Translations under genes and position numbers: made by a program
Source of the DNA: Oscillospiraceae bacterium
Lineage (GTDB): Bacteria; Bacillota; Clostridia; Oscillospirales; Oscillospiraceae
DNA length: 64,000 nt
Reading direction: 5' to 3'
NCBI GenBank assembly: GCA_031552685.1
Contig: JAVBMI010000019.1
Coordinates: forward strand, 2,771-66,770
The notes under the pieces: model-generated
Database searches by the model: none
What the model was told of the DNA's origin: nothing
Seen by the model: the letters and a program-made list of their open reading frames with translations, nothing else
Shown here: in pieces, positions 11,099 through 19,750 of the stretch
How the letters are laid out: every line of letters begins with the position of its first letter
How positions within the stretch are numbered: the stretch's first letter is position 1

Positions 11099-11577
11099 CA
11101 AGCGTCCAACACTTGGGCAGGCGCGGGCACTACGTGCCCTGCTGCCCGTATAAGGGGGAACCGGTTCTTGCAAAGAAACGGTTCCCCCTTATGATCCCCT
11201 TGGCGAAGAAGCCCAAAGGGAGAACCCTTTGGAAACCCCTTAATGAACGCTTCGCTCTGTTCTCACGTGCCGCTCCGCGGACAGGTTCGCCGCTGCCTGC
11301 GGAGCGCGGCTGCATCATGCTACGGGCAACAAGTTGCGCCTGCACCAAAGCTAAGCGAGCGGTTCAGACGCGCAGTGGTAATCTGCCCTGTGGCACGGTA
11401 CGCAGTTAGCGAGCGGATGGTATTGCTTGCATTTGTGGGGAGGCAATATTTTCTTTAGGAGAGTCAAGAGAGGGCATTTATTTTTCTAAAAGAAAGCCCT
11501 CTTTTGCCCTGCGCGGGAAGCGCAAAATAATAAAAACGGGTTGCCCCCTGCGGGTAGCAGGTAAATAAATAAAAATA
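11099..11577 (+). repeat. Hairpin-rich mosaic intergenic element, copy 1
   Basis: The first ~125 nt are almost identical to 48499..48625. The core with two AGCGAGCG boxes and the 3' part also match copy 3. It contains a series of perfect or near-perfect hairpins. Confidence 0.85.
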
Positions 11578-11647
11578 TAGAATAATGTCAATTATCCACA
11601 GCCTCTGCCTTCACATATACTGTCTTATATAAAAAAAGGAGATGTGT

Positions 11648-12457
11648 ATGGAAGGGCTGTTCTCGGGCTGCGGATATACCGCGCAGGCCTTAATTGCTAC
11701 CCTGTTCACCTGGGGTGTGACAGCTCTCGGTGCGGCAGTAGTTGTTTTTTTCAAGAAAATCAACAAAACCGTTTTGGACGCCATGCTCAGTATTGCGGCA
11801 GGCGTTATGACCGCGGCTTGCTTCTGGTCCTTGCTTTCGCCGTCGCTTCAAATGGCGGAGAGTCTGGGCATAAACCCGTGGCTGACGGTGTGCGCGGGTT
11901 TTCTATCCGGCGGCCTGCTGATATATCTCGGTGAAAAGCTGCTTGGTTTTATCACAACGAGAAATGGCACCGGCGAAAAAACGCCCAACATGAGAAAAAA
12001 ACGCATTGTTATGCTGATTGTCTCTATCACGCTGCACAATATTCCGGAGGGCTTGGCTGTAGGCGTGGCTTTCGGCAGCATAGCTTACGGGCTGGAAGGG
12101 GCTGGAATATCTGCGGCAGTGCTTCTGGCGCTGGGAATCGGCATTCAGAATTTTCCGGAGGGTACGGCGGTCAGCGTTCCGCTGCGCCGCGAGGGAATGA
12201 GCCGAGGGAGGGCCTTTTTTTATGGACAGCTCAGCGGAGCTGTTGAACCCGTTGCCGGTGTTTTGGGCGCATTGCTCGTGCTGCATGTTCGTGCTCTTCT
12301 GCCTTTTTTTCTGGCCTTTGCCGCCGGAGCGATGCTTTATGTCGTTACGCAGGAGCTGATTCCCGAGAGCCAGACCAATCCGCGCCGCGGGCTTATGGCC
12401 TTGTTCACTGTTTTCGGGTTTGCTCTGATGATGGTGCTTGACGTTGCGCTTGGATAA
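11648..12457 (+). CDS. zupT: ZIP family metal (zinc) transporter
   Basis: Multi-TM protein with the HNIPEGLAVG and QNFPEGTAVS ZIP signatures. I preferred the ATG at 11648, 7 nt after AAGGAG. Confidence 0.85.
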   Translation: MEGLFSGCGYTAQALIATLFTWGVTALGAAVVVFFKKINKTVLDAMLSIAAGVMTAACFWSLLSPSLQMAESLGINPWLTVCAGFLSGGLLIYLGEKLLGFITTRNGTGEKTPNMRKKRIVMLIVSITLHNIPEGLAVGVAFGSIAYGLEGAGISAAVLLALGIGIQNFPEGTAVSVPLRREGMSRGRAFFYGQLSGAVEPVAGVLGALLVLHVRALLPFFLAFAAGAMLYVVTQELIPESQTNPRRGLMALFTVFGFALMMVLDVALG

Positions 12458-12486
12458 AAAAACCGCCAAAATGGCGGTTTTTTTTA
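12455..12486. terminator. Bidirectional terminator between zupT and the ECF operon
   Basis: The sequence is aaaaaaccgcca-aaa-tggcggtttttttt, flanked by A and T runs. Confidence 0.75.
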
Positions 12487-12999
12487 TGCTGTCAGACGAA
12501 TGCCGAACTTATTTTTCACGCGGCGGAGCTTCTCAGTCATCGCCGGAGCGATAAGCCAGAGGAACAGCGCAGTCGCCGCCGCCTGGATAAGGTCAAAGGG
12601 CAGACCCAGCGCATATGCGGCCAAAATCGCCTGAAAAGTGGGATTTGCCTGTGAAATTAGAATACCCGCCGGATTCATAATGCCACCGTAGACAACAATG
12701 GTTGCCGCCGCGCCGAAAATGCAAAGCGCCGTCCGGCTCTTCTCAAGCGTTCCGCGGTAAAAAACCAGACCTGCCATAAGGCCCACAAGACCCATGGCAA
12801 ACATCTGCCAAGGCGTCCAAGGCCCCTGGCTCGCGAAAAAATTGGAAATAAACGCGCCCAGCGCGCCGACGATAAAGCCAGCCTCCCCGCCGAAACACGC
12901 GCCTGTGATGATAATGACCGCCAGAGTCGGCTTGAACTGCGGAATCATGTAAAAAGCCGCCCTGCCCGCCACTGCGAAAGCGCAAAGAACAGCAATCAC
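12484..12999 (-). CDS. ECF transporter S (substrate-capture) component-like membrane protein, possibly the C-terminal part of a larger fusion
   Basis: Five predicted hydrophobic helices (GFIVGALGAFISNFFASQGPWTPWQMFAMGL). It is the last gene of the ECF operon. The ORF starts at a GTG that is in frame with the upstream ATPase ORF, separated by a single TAA. Confidence 0.65.
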   Translation of the reverse strand: MIAVLCAFAVAGRAAFYMIPQFKPTLAVIIITGACFGGEAGFIVGALGAFISNFFASQGPWTPWQMFAMGLVGLMAGLVFYRGTLEKSRTALCIFGAAATIVVYGGIMNPAGILISQANPTFQAILAAYALGLPFDLIQAAATALFLWLIAPAMTEKLRRVKNKFGIRLTA

Positions 13000-13029
13000 A
13001 ACAAGCTCTCTCGCCCTTGGCTTTCGTCC

Positions 13030-14892
13030 TTAAAAAATTAGAAAAAACGGCAGCATGGCCTCAAGAATGACCAAGATACTTATGAAATAGTACTGCCGTT
13101 CGCCTGTAAATCTCAGGCCGAAAATTATTGTCAGAGGTATCAGCGCAAGCAAAATCAGAGCACAGATAACAGACCTTGCCGAGGGTCTGCGAACGGGTGC
13201 TTTTGCTGCGTCCGGCGCCGGGGTCGGGTCATCGGAAAATCCGCCGAAATCTCCGTCAGTCGGAGAAGGGGGCGGCACAGCTCCGCAGGCGAGGATTATT
13301 TCATCTGCCGTTATAGCCAGCGGCAGAAGATCTGCAGCCATTCTTGCCGCGGCGGTAGTATAAAAACGCTTGTTTGAGAAAAAGGTGTGCGGCTCCGCCA
13401 CGCCAACAATCTCACCGTCGAAAAACATGGCGCAGCGGTCTGCGCAGACTGCGCAAAACTCCACGTCATGGCTGACCAGAACAACAGTCGTTCCGTTCTC
13501 GCACAATTGCTTCAAAAGTGCTGATAAACGGTGCTTGCTTGCGGCATCAAGTCCCTTTGTCGGTTCGTCCAGCAGCAGGATGTCGGGCTCAAGCAGCAGG
13601 AGCTTTGCCAAAGCCGCCGACTGCCGCTGTCCTCCGGACAGGTCAAAGGGGTGTCGCTCCAACAGTCCGTCAAGATCGCACAACTTTATTACTTCGCTCA
13701 GACGGCGCTCTTTCTCATGCTTTGGTATGCCGAGCGGCTCGAGAGTGTCACGCAAATCAGTATCAAGCGTGGAACGGGAAAAAAGCAGCAGCGGATCCTG
13801 CGGCATCAGGGCCGCTCTGCCGCTTTGTTCCACTCTGCCCCTCAAGGGCCGCAGGATTCCGGAAATGACCGACAGTGCGGTGGTTTTTCCGGCACCGTTA
13901 CCGCCGAGAATGGCGAAAATCTCGCCCTTGCGTATTTCGCAATTGACACCGCGCAGCACGTCCTCACCGCCGCGTTTATATCGATACCAGAGGTCGCGCA
14001 AAACGAGCGCGTTTTCATTTGCATTACTTTCGGTTTCAGATGCGTTCAGAGAAGAAAGCGTGTGCTTACTGGCATAGTTTTCCAGCCATGTACGTCCCTG
14101 GCGGACAGAAACCGGGCACACATCGTCATTTTCTACCGCCGACCAGACCCGCATAGCCGTGGGCATAGCAAAAAAACTGCCGCTGCCGTTTTGAAGAAGC
14201 TCCTGCGCCACTTCGAGGGCTGTGCCCCGGGCGAGAATTCCGCCGTTTTCCATGACTATTATACTGTCACAAAGAGAGAACAGCTCCTCACCGCGGTGCT
14301 CCGAGATTATCACAGTAGTACCCAGATCTTCGTTTATCCGCTTTAGCAGATGCAAAAATTCGGTAGCGGCAATCGGATCGAGCTGTCCCGTGGGTTCATC
14401 CAAAATAAGCAGCGAGGGGCGCATAACCATTGCGGATGCAAGGTTCAGAATTTGCTTTTGACCGCCGGAGAGCTCAGATACATTTTTCCTGAACCAAGGC
14501 TCAATACCAAAAAAGGAAGCCGTTTCCGCCACTCTCAGGCGTATTTCTTCTGAGGAAATTCCAAGACTCTCAAGCCCGAAGGCCAGCTCATGCCAAACCT
14601 TGTCTGTGACAATCTGGTTGTCTGGATCTTGGAAAACGAAGCCTATATTTTCAGCAGCTTCACGGTCGCTGAGAGCGGAGATTGGTTTTTCTTCGAAGAA
14701 GATTTCGCCCGCCGAAGTGCCGGAGGGCGAAATTTTAGGCTTGAGTAGCCGCAATAATGTGGTTTTTCCGCAGCCTGACGGGCCGCAGAGCGCGACGAAC
14801 TGTCCCTCGTCAACGGACAGGCTTACATCACGCAGCGCTGCAGCCGAATTAGGGTAACTGAAGCTCAGATTTTGAGTTCGGATTTTCTCCAT
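13030..14892 (-). CDS. ECF transporter duplicated ATPase (EcfA-EcfA' fusion) with a C-terminal transmembrane extension
   Basis: There are two ABC cassettes (GPSGCGKTT...LSGGQKQ...LILDEPT and GGNGAGKTT...LSGGQRQ...LLLDEPT). These are followed by a Pro-rich linker and two hydrophobic helices. Confidence 0.9.
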   Translation of the reverse strand: MEKIRTQNLSFSYPNSAAALRDVSLSVDEGQFVALCGPSGCGKTTLLRLLKPKISPSGTSAGEIFFEEKPISALSDREAAENIGFVFQDPDNQIVTDKVWHELAFGLESLGISSEEIRLRVAETASFFGIEPWFRKNVSELSGGQKQILNLASAMVMRPSLLILDEPTGQLDPIAATEFLHLLKRINEDLGTTVIISEHRGEELFSLCDSIIVMENGGILARGTALEVAQELLQNGSGSFFAMPTAMRVWSAVENDDVCPVSVRQGRTWLENYASKHTLSSLNASETESNANENALVLRDLWYRYKRGGEDVLRGVNCEIRKGEIFAILGGNGAGKTTALSVISGILRPLRGRVEQSGRAALMPQDPLLLFSRSTLDTDLRDTLEPLGIPKHEKERRLSEVIKLCDLDGLLERHPFDLSGGQRQSAALAKLLLLEPDILLLDEPTKGLDAASKHRLSALLKQLCENGTTVVLVSHDVEFCAVCADRCAMFFDGEIVGVAEPHTFFSNKRFYTTAAARMAADLLPLAITADEIILACGAVPPPSPTDGDFGGFSDDPTPAPDAAKAPVRRPSARSVICALILLALIPLTIIFGLRFTGERQYYFISILVILEAMLPFFLIF

Positions 14893-15755
14893 TTCCTGTC
14901 CTCCAAGACTTCAAAAATCATGGGCATAGCACACAGCGCGAAATATGCCGTCAGCGCAGCAAAGGTCAGCGGCGTGAATGTGCCGCTGACCGCGGGAAAA
15001 TAGTCCCAGCGCATACCGCCGGCCAGAGAGGCAAGAGCAGCGAGAATCCCAAGCAAAGAGATTAGAGCAAGAGTAAAGCTGTCTCTGGGCGTGAAGCGGT
15101 AAATCAAAAATGCCGTTCTGCCGGGCAACCCGTAGCCACGAGCCGCCATTGAGTCCGCTGTTTCAACAGCGTCTTCCAGTGATCGACTGACAACTGTGGA
15201 AAGCGTTTTCAAGCCGGTCTTTATCCGGTCAAGACATTTTTTGGTGGAGAAATCGCCGTACAGTCCCTTTTGCGCGGATGAAACCTCACGGAGCTGTCGT
15301 ATAAACCCGGGGATAAAGCGCAGAGTCATTGATAGCAGCAGGGCCAACGACGGAAGAAAACGTCCTAGCAGAAAAACAAGTTTGTCGGAGCTTATCATCC
15401 GCCCCAGACAAAAACACCAGAGCAAAACAGCGCCCAGCATAAGCGCCGCAGCCGCGCCGTAGATAAGACTTTCCGCTGTGAGTGGGTTGCCGCCGGGCAA
15501 ATACGTCAGTATGGTTTGCCCCATATGATTAAAAGCAGGGTTTAGCACAGCCGACAGCAGCATCATAGGCAGAACGGCCAGTAATGCGAAGCGAAGCGCA
15601 CGGCGTCCCCCCAGCCGAAGAGCGGAAAGAAACGCCCAGAACAGAGAGATAACAAGGCAGGCGGGGTGCATGAGGGTTGCGGAAAGAATCAAAACAAATA
15701 TAAAATACACGGCGCTCACGGCAGGGTGAAGTGAGGCGAAGCCACTATTTTTCAT
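14865..15755 (-). CDS. ECF transporter transmembrane T component (EcfT/CbiQ family)
   Basis: Polytopic membrane protein with the C-terminal coupling region (ARGYGLPGRT). Its start ATG at 15755 overlaps the upstream stop as ATGA. Confidence 0.82.
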   Translation of the reverse strand: MKNSGFASLHPAVSAVYFIFVLILSATLMHPACLVISLFWAFLSALRLGGRRALRFALLAVLPMMLLSAVLNPAFNHMGQTILTYLPGGNPLTAESLIYGAAAALMLGAVLLWCFCLGRMISSDKLVFLLGRFLPSLALLLSMTLRFIPGFIRQLREVSSAQKGLYGDFSTKKCLDRIKTGLKTLSTVVSRSLEDAVETADSMAARGYGLPGRTAFLIYRFTPRDSFTLALISLLGILAALASLAGGMRWDYFPAVSGTFTPLTFAALTAYFALCAMPMIFEVLEDRKWRKSELKI

Positions 15756-17044
15756 CCCGTCACCGCCCTTTTTGAACACACGAATTCAAAAACCACAACA
15801 TCGCCAGGTTCCAATAACTGCTCCGAGCATGAATGAGCAGGGTATTCGCCGTTGACACTGTAAAGCCAGCCGGAGAGATCGCCCGCGTCAAATTCATAGA
15901 GATTTGCGATGCCCTCAATATAAATGCTGTCCGTCAAGGGAGTTGAAGTAAACTCAAAATGAATTCCCGCAGCCTTCAGCTCGCGTCGAACAATGTCGAA
16001 AACGCTGTCACCTTCCGAAAAATCCGCGTCCTCGACCCGGAGGATAATTCCGCCCTCCGGAACAAGTCCTCGCTTGTTTTCGGGCAGTTTCTTTTGCAAT
16101 TCTTCAAGCTCGGCACAGCGGATTTCAAACGTGCAGGTGTTGGCGGAGCTCTCAGCAAAGTCATAGAGCCGGGACTCTCCCGCCGCTTGTCTATCCATTG
16201 CGGCGAGTGCGCAAAGCGCCTGCTGGGTAGCCAGAATATCGGACTTCCCGCCTACTGTGTGGGCAAAGCCGCCGTCAGAACGCGAAAAAGCAAGAAATGC
16301 GTCGAAAACGCTCTTTTCTTTTATGAACCGGCTGCTGTCGCCGTTGATTCCGAGCGTGCACAGGGCTATTATGACCTGCGCTGTGCTCTCTGCGTTCGGC
16401 GTACCGGAATTGGAAAAGCTGCCGTCCGGGTTCTGCATTGTGGAGAGTGCGGAAGCAGCAATGGCAATTGCCGGCTCAACAAAGTCAATATCCCGGTTTT
16501 GAGCGAGAGCCTGCAGGGCGATTGCAGTTAAATCCACGTCCGCTTCACCATCCTGCGGGGCAAATTCACCGCCCGGGAGCTGACAGGCAAGGAGCTTTTC
16601 AATATACCGCTCGCGCAGGGTCAGATCAGCCCCACCGCCCAGAGCAAGCAAAGCGTAGGAAATACCCGCCGCGCCCTGCTCTGCGGTTTTTTCGACATCC
16701 CGGAGCGGTGCGAGCAAATCAAAGCCTCCGAAGCTGCCCGGGTCTTTGCCCAAAGCATGCAGGGCAAGGGCGGTTCGGGAGTATTCGGTGTTTTTTGTTT
16801 CGCTCAGAACTCCGCCGCAGGCGGTCAGTTGATTTTCAAGCGCCGCAAGATATTCACCTTCCCACTTTTCGGTAATTTTTCCGCTGCGCGCCAGCGCGAA
16901 GGCCGTCCAGTCGGCGGCTCCGCTCAGGGGCTGCTTTAACAGGAAATCCGCTGCATTTTGGGCAGGCTCCGCCCTCCCTGCGCAGCCCGAAAGCAAAGCG
17001 AGAACGAGAGTCACTGATAAAATTTTTGCTAATATCCTTGTCAT
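15752..17044 (-). CDS. Lipoprotein with an alpha/alpha-toroid (prenyltransferase/terpene-cyclase-like) repeat domain plus a C-terminal DUF4430 domain; transcobalamin-like architecture
   Basis: Lipobox LLSGC. Repeated helical hairpin motifs are present (TAFALARSG, TALALHALG, SYALLALGG, TAIALQALA, AQVIIALCTLG, QQALCALAA). The C-terminus GDLSGWLYSVNGEYP...GDVVVFEF is typical of DUF4430. Confidence 0.7.
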   Translation of the reverse strand: MTRILAKILSVTLVLALLSGCAGRAEPAQNAADFLLKQPLSGAADWTAFALARSGKITEKWEGEYLAALENQLTACGGVLSETKNTEYSRTALALHALGKDPGSFGGFDLLAPLRDVEKTAEQGAAGISYALLALGGGADLTLRERYIEKLLACQLPGGEFAPQDGEADVDLTAIALQALAQNRDIDFVEPAIAIAASALSTMQNPDGSFSNSGTPNAESTAQVIIALCTLGINGDSSRFIKEKSVFDAFLAFSRSDGGFAHTVGGKSDILATQQALCALAAMDRQAAGESRLYDFAESSANTCTFEIRCAELEELQKKLPENKRGLVPEGGIILRVEDADFSEGDSVFDIVRRELKAAGIHFEFTSTPLTDSIYIEGIANLYEFDAGDLSGWLYSVNGEYPAHSCSEQLLEPGDVVVFEFVCSKRAVTG

Positions 17045-17529
17045 TATTTGTTCTCAGCTATTATTTTTGGTATGTCAAGAATGAATGTGCTTGTTTCCCA
17101 GTCAACCTCGGTGTTAAAGTCATCAACATACTGCAGGATAACATGATCGTCCTCCTTGACTTTGTAATCGCCCATCCCGACTTCAGGAATCACACCGTTA
17201 ACGGCGAACAGCCAGCCGCTGTTCGGGCCGTTTTCAGATGCCTCAAGTGTCATGTTGCCCGGAGTGGTTACGGAATATATATAACTTTCATCGGCAAAGC
17301 TGTAGCCCTTCTTTTCAAGGCCGCGGATGATCACGCTTAAAGCGGAGTCGCCCTCTTGAATATTTATACTTATCGCGTCTATCCAAACGGCATAGCCCTG
17401 ATGTCCGGTTTCGCCGTGCAAGTCGTCGCCGTAGAGACTAAAGGTGACGTTTTTCGCTCCGCAGCCGGTCAGGGATAAAATCAGCATTAGCACTATCAAA
17501 ACGCTTGCAAGACTTCTCAGTTTTTTCAT
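17044..17529 (-). CDS. DUF4430 domain lipoprotein
   Basis: Signal peptide with lipobox LTGC. SGWLFAVNGVIPEVGMGDYKVKEDDHVILQY is the DUF4430 signature. The GGAGGAG RBS favours the ATG at 17529. Its stop overlaps the next start as TAATG. Confidence 0.8.
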   Translation of the reverse strand: MKKLRSLASVLIVLMLILSLTGCGAKNVTFSLYGDDLHGETGHQGYAVWIDAISINIQEGDSALSVIIRGLEKKGYSFADESYIYSVTTPGNMTLEASENGPNSGWLFAVNGVIPEVGMGDYKVKEDDHVILQYVDDFNTEVDWETSTFILDIPKIIAENK

Positions 17530-17589
17530 TCTTTTCTCCTCCAAATATTAAACGGCCGCCGCAGAAAACTGCAGCGACCGTTTTTTCGC

Positions 17590-17795
17590 ATAACATAGCT
17601 GTCCGTCCCCGTACGACGCGGGGCGGACAAATAAAACGTGCAGGTCTTCTGACTCGCGTCCTTGAGGCGTCCTTTCCCTGCCTTCCCGATTTCTCAGTGA
17701 CCGGCTTTCACCGACGAGAGAGGACAAAACGCATACAGCGGCGGTACCGTCCGGGATTCTCACCCGATTCTCTATTCTCCGCCAAGGGCCATACG
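17590..17795 (-). promoter_or_regulatory. Cobalamin (B12) riboswitch
   Basis: The minus strand reads AATAGAGAATCGGGTGAGAATCCCGGACGGTACCGCCGCTGTA ... GGTGAAAGCCGGTCACTG ... GGGAAGGC ... GAGTCAGAAGACCTGC. This matches the conserved core and B12-box region of the cobalamin riboswitch class. It lies directly upstream of the DUF4430/ECF operon. Confidence 0.82.
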
Positions 17796-17814
17796 CCCGG
17801 GGCGGCACACATTT

Positions 17815-18942
17815 TTATTCGGTTTTATTGCCGGGATTAGTAGTCCGTCCTATACCATAGGGCTTGCGTACATGGACATATATTGAGATTATACCACTTA
17901 TTATAAACATTGTATAGAAATTAATAAATCGTGACAGCAGCATGCCCGGAAGAATCGATATCCCGAACAGCGGGCGCATTAGCAGCAAATAACCGCTCTC
18001 AGACGCACCGACGCTGCCCGGCAGCGGCATAAAGGAAACGGAAATATAGAGAACAGCGCTCACAGCGACAAAGTCAAACACGCTAAACTCGGAAAAGCCG
18101 AAGGATTTATAGACAAAATAAGGAACAAGGTGGTACAAAATCAGCTGCAGCATAGTTGCGCCCGTTATTGAAAAGAAGCGTTTGGGGCTCTCCCTGATAA
18201 GTGAAACCCCTGCCTTGACCTCGGATACATACTTGTCAAGTTCGCGCAGGGCCTTTTCCCGATTTTTGATGATTCGGATTTTTGCCAGCAGCTTGACTAC
18301 TCCCCGCAGCAGCTTGGTAAGGATTTTTTCGGAGAACATCACCCCCAGCAGGAGCAGTAGCATGAAAAAGTTGATGGCAAAACCAAAGAAAAACAGGATA
18401 AACAGATTTGGGTCAACGGAGGAGATATAGTTCCACTTAACAATAACCATGGAAAGACCCAAAACCACCACGGCGAGCTGATAGGTGATGTTTGTCACGA
18501 ACAAAATGAGCGTGGTTTTTGAATAGTGGATTCCATCACGCACCAAATAGAAAAACTGCATGGGCTGTCCGCCGGAGGAGGAGGGAGTTACACCGCTGTA
18601 AAAAAAGCCGAGAGCGGAATACTGCATCATCTCGCGAAAACGCAGGCGCAGCCGAATCCAGTTTGCCGCCATGCCGATGATGACGCCCTGAACAATAAGA
18701 CTCAGCAGCATTGAGAGAACCCCCGCTCCGATATAGGGCAGCCTGACCTCCTGCAAAACATTGAAAACATCAATGAGCGAGCGGTCTTTGAAAATTACAT
18801 AGAACGTTACAGCGATGAGCACGATCAGGAAAAGAAAGCTCAGCACATAGTTTCTGATTCGTTTTTTAGGAGGCTTTACAGCGACTTCCGGTTCGTCCGG
18901 AGGGGCGCCGTAGAGTTTTTCAGCTTTGATTTCTTCAGACAT
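17815..18942 (-). CDS. Flippase-like / lysylphosphatidylglycerol synthase TM-region family membrane protein (UPF0104)
   Basis: Polytopic membrane protein with a charged N-terminus (MSEEIKAEKLYGAPPDEPE) followed by about 8 TM helices. The start at 18942 has an AAGGAA RBS. Confidence 0.7.
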   Translation of the reverse strand: MSEEIKAEKLYGAPPDEPEVAVKPPKKRIRNYVLSFLFLIVLIAVTFYVIFKDRSLIDVFNVLQEVRLPYIGAGVLSMLLSLIVQGVIIGMAANWIRLRLRFREMMQYSALGFFYSGVTPSSSGGQPMQFFYLVRDGIHYSKTTLILFVTNITYQLAVVVLGLSMVIVKWNYISSVDPNLFILFFFGFAINFFMLLLLLGVMFSEKILTKLLRGVVKLLAKIRIIKNREKALRELDKYVSEVKAGVSLIRESPKRFFSITGATMLQLILYHLVPYFVYKSFGFSEFSVFDFVAVSAVLYISVSFMPLPGSVGASESGYLLLMRPLFGISILPGMLLSRFINFYTMFIISGIISIYVHVRKPYGIGRTTNPGNKTE

Positions 18943-19158
18943 GGTCAATTCCTTATTGAGAGTGAAAGTGTAATACTGCGAATAGTACACCCATGTAATG
19001 ATACTACCCGCAGGTTGATAAAGCAACATTTTTCTGATAGCAGGCCTGAACATGGGTGTTTCAGCGGGAGAATGTATTTTACATTTGGAAATATATATGA
19101 TAAAATTACGGTTACGCTAATAATACCCATTTTTGCATGAAACTAGGAGGCCTGAGGG

Positions 19159-19737
19159 ATGCGGAGCTTTTTTGCGCTGATATCACGAATGAGATACATC
19201 AGACGCTGGGGTCTGATGCGCAACAGTCTGAGTGAAAATATTCAGGAGCACAGCCACATGGTTGCTGTGCTTGCCCACGCCCTCGCCGTTATCGGAAAGG
19301 AAATAATGGGCAAGGATATTAACCCGGAAACCTGCGCAACAGTGGCGCTTTACCACGACGCCTCGGAAATTATCACCGGCGATATGCCCACGCCGATAAA
19401 GTACAATAATGACGCGATTAAAAACTCGTATAAAGAAATTGAACGCCAGGCGAATATCCGGCTCTTAAATCTCCTGCCGGGCGAGCTTCAGCCCTCTTTT
19501 GAGCCGCTGCTTATGGGAGCTGACGAGCAGGTTGGCGCCTATGTAAAGGCAGCCGATAAGCTCTCTGCCTATATCAAGTGCATTGAGGAGCGCAAGGCCG
19601 GAAATAATGAGTTTTTGTCGGCTGAGGCGCAGATTCTGGATACCCTGCGGAAAAATCCGCTGCCGGAACTGGCATATTTTATTGAAAACTTCATTCCCGC
19701 TTTCGAGCTGACGCTCGATGAGCTGGGCGGAATGTAA
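19159..19737 (+). CDS. HD-domain 5'-deoxynucleotidase (YfbR-like)
   Basis: RMRYIRRWGLMRNSLSENIQEHSHMVA ... YHDASEIITGDMPTP is the YfbR-family HD motif. Confidence 0.85.
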   Translation: MRSFFALISRMRYIRRWGLMRNSLSENIQEHSHMVAVLAHALAVIGKEIMGKDINPETCATVALYHDASEIITGDMPTPIKYNNDAIKNSYKEIERQANIRLLNLLPGELQPSFEPLLMGADEQVGAYVKAADKLSAYIKCIEERKAGNNEFLSAEAQILDTLRKNPLPELAYFIENFIPAFELTLDELGGM

Positions 19738-19750
19738 AAGGAGAAAGCAA

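Noticed and set aside
11113-11409. ORFs running through the mosaic repeats (11113..11409, 11243..11458, 39006..39470, 39040..39288, 48532..48765, 48630..48938) as possible small proteins
   Set aside because: Amino-acid similarity between copies exists only where the DNA is nearly identical. Where the DNA diverges the frames diverge or break. There are no RBSs. Sequence variation instead preserves base pairing.
11592-11600. Perfect DnaA box TTATCCACA upstream of zupT, as a possible oriC
   Set aside because: It is a single isolated box with no cluster, no adjacent AT-rich unwinding element and no dnaA/dnaN nearby. The only other near-match is GGTGGATAA at about 30135, which has a mismatch. It is most likely chance.
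17601-17628. Strong hairpin gtccgtcccc-gtacgacg-cggggcggac as the intrinsic terminator of the B12 riboswitch
   Set aside because: On the transcribed (minus) strand it is not followed by a U-run. The expression platform could be translational or Rho-dependent. I therefore left the platform unresolved rather than calling a terminator.
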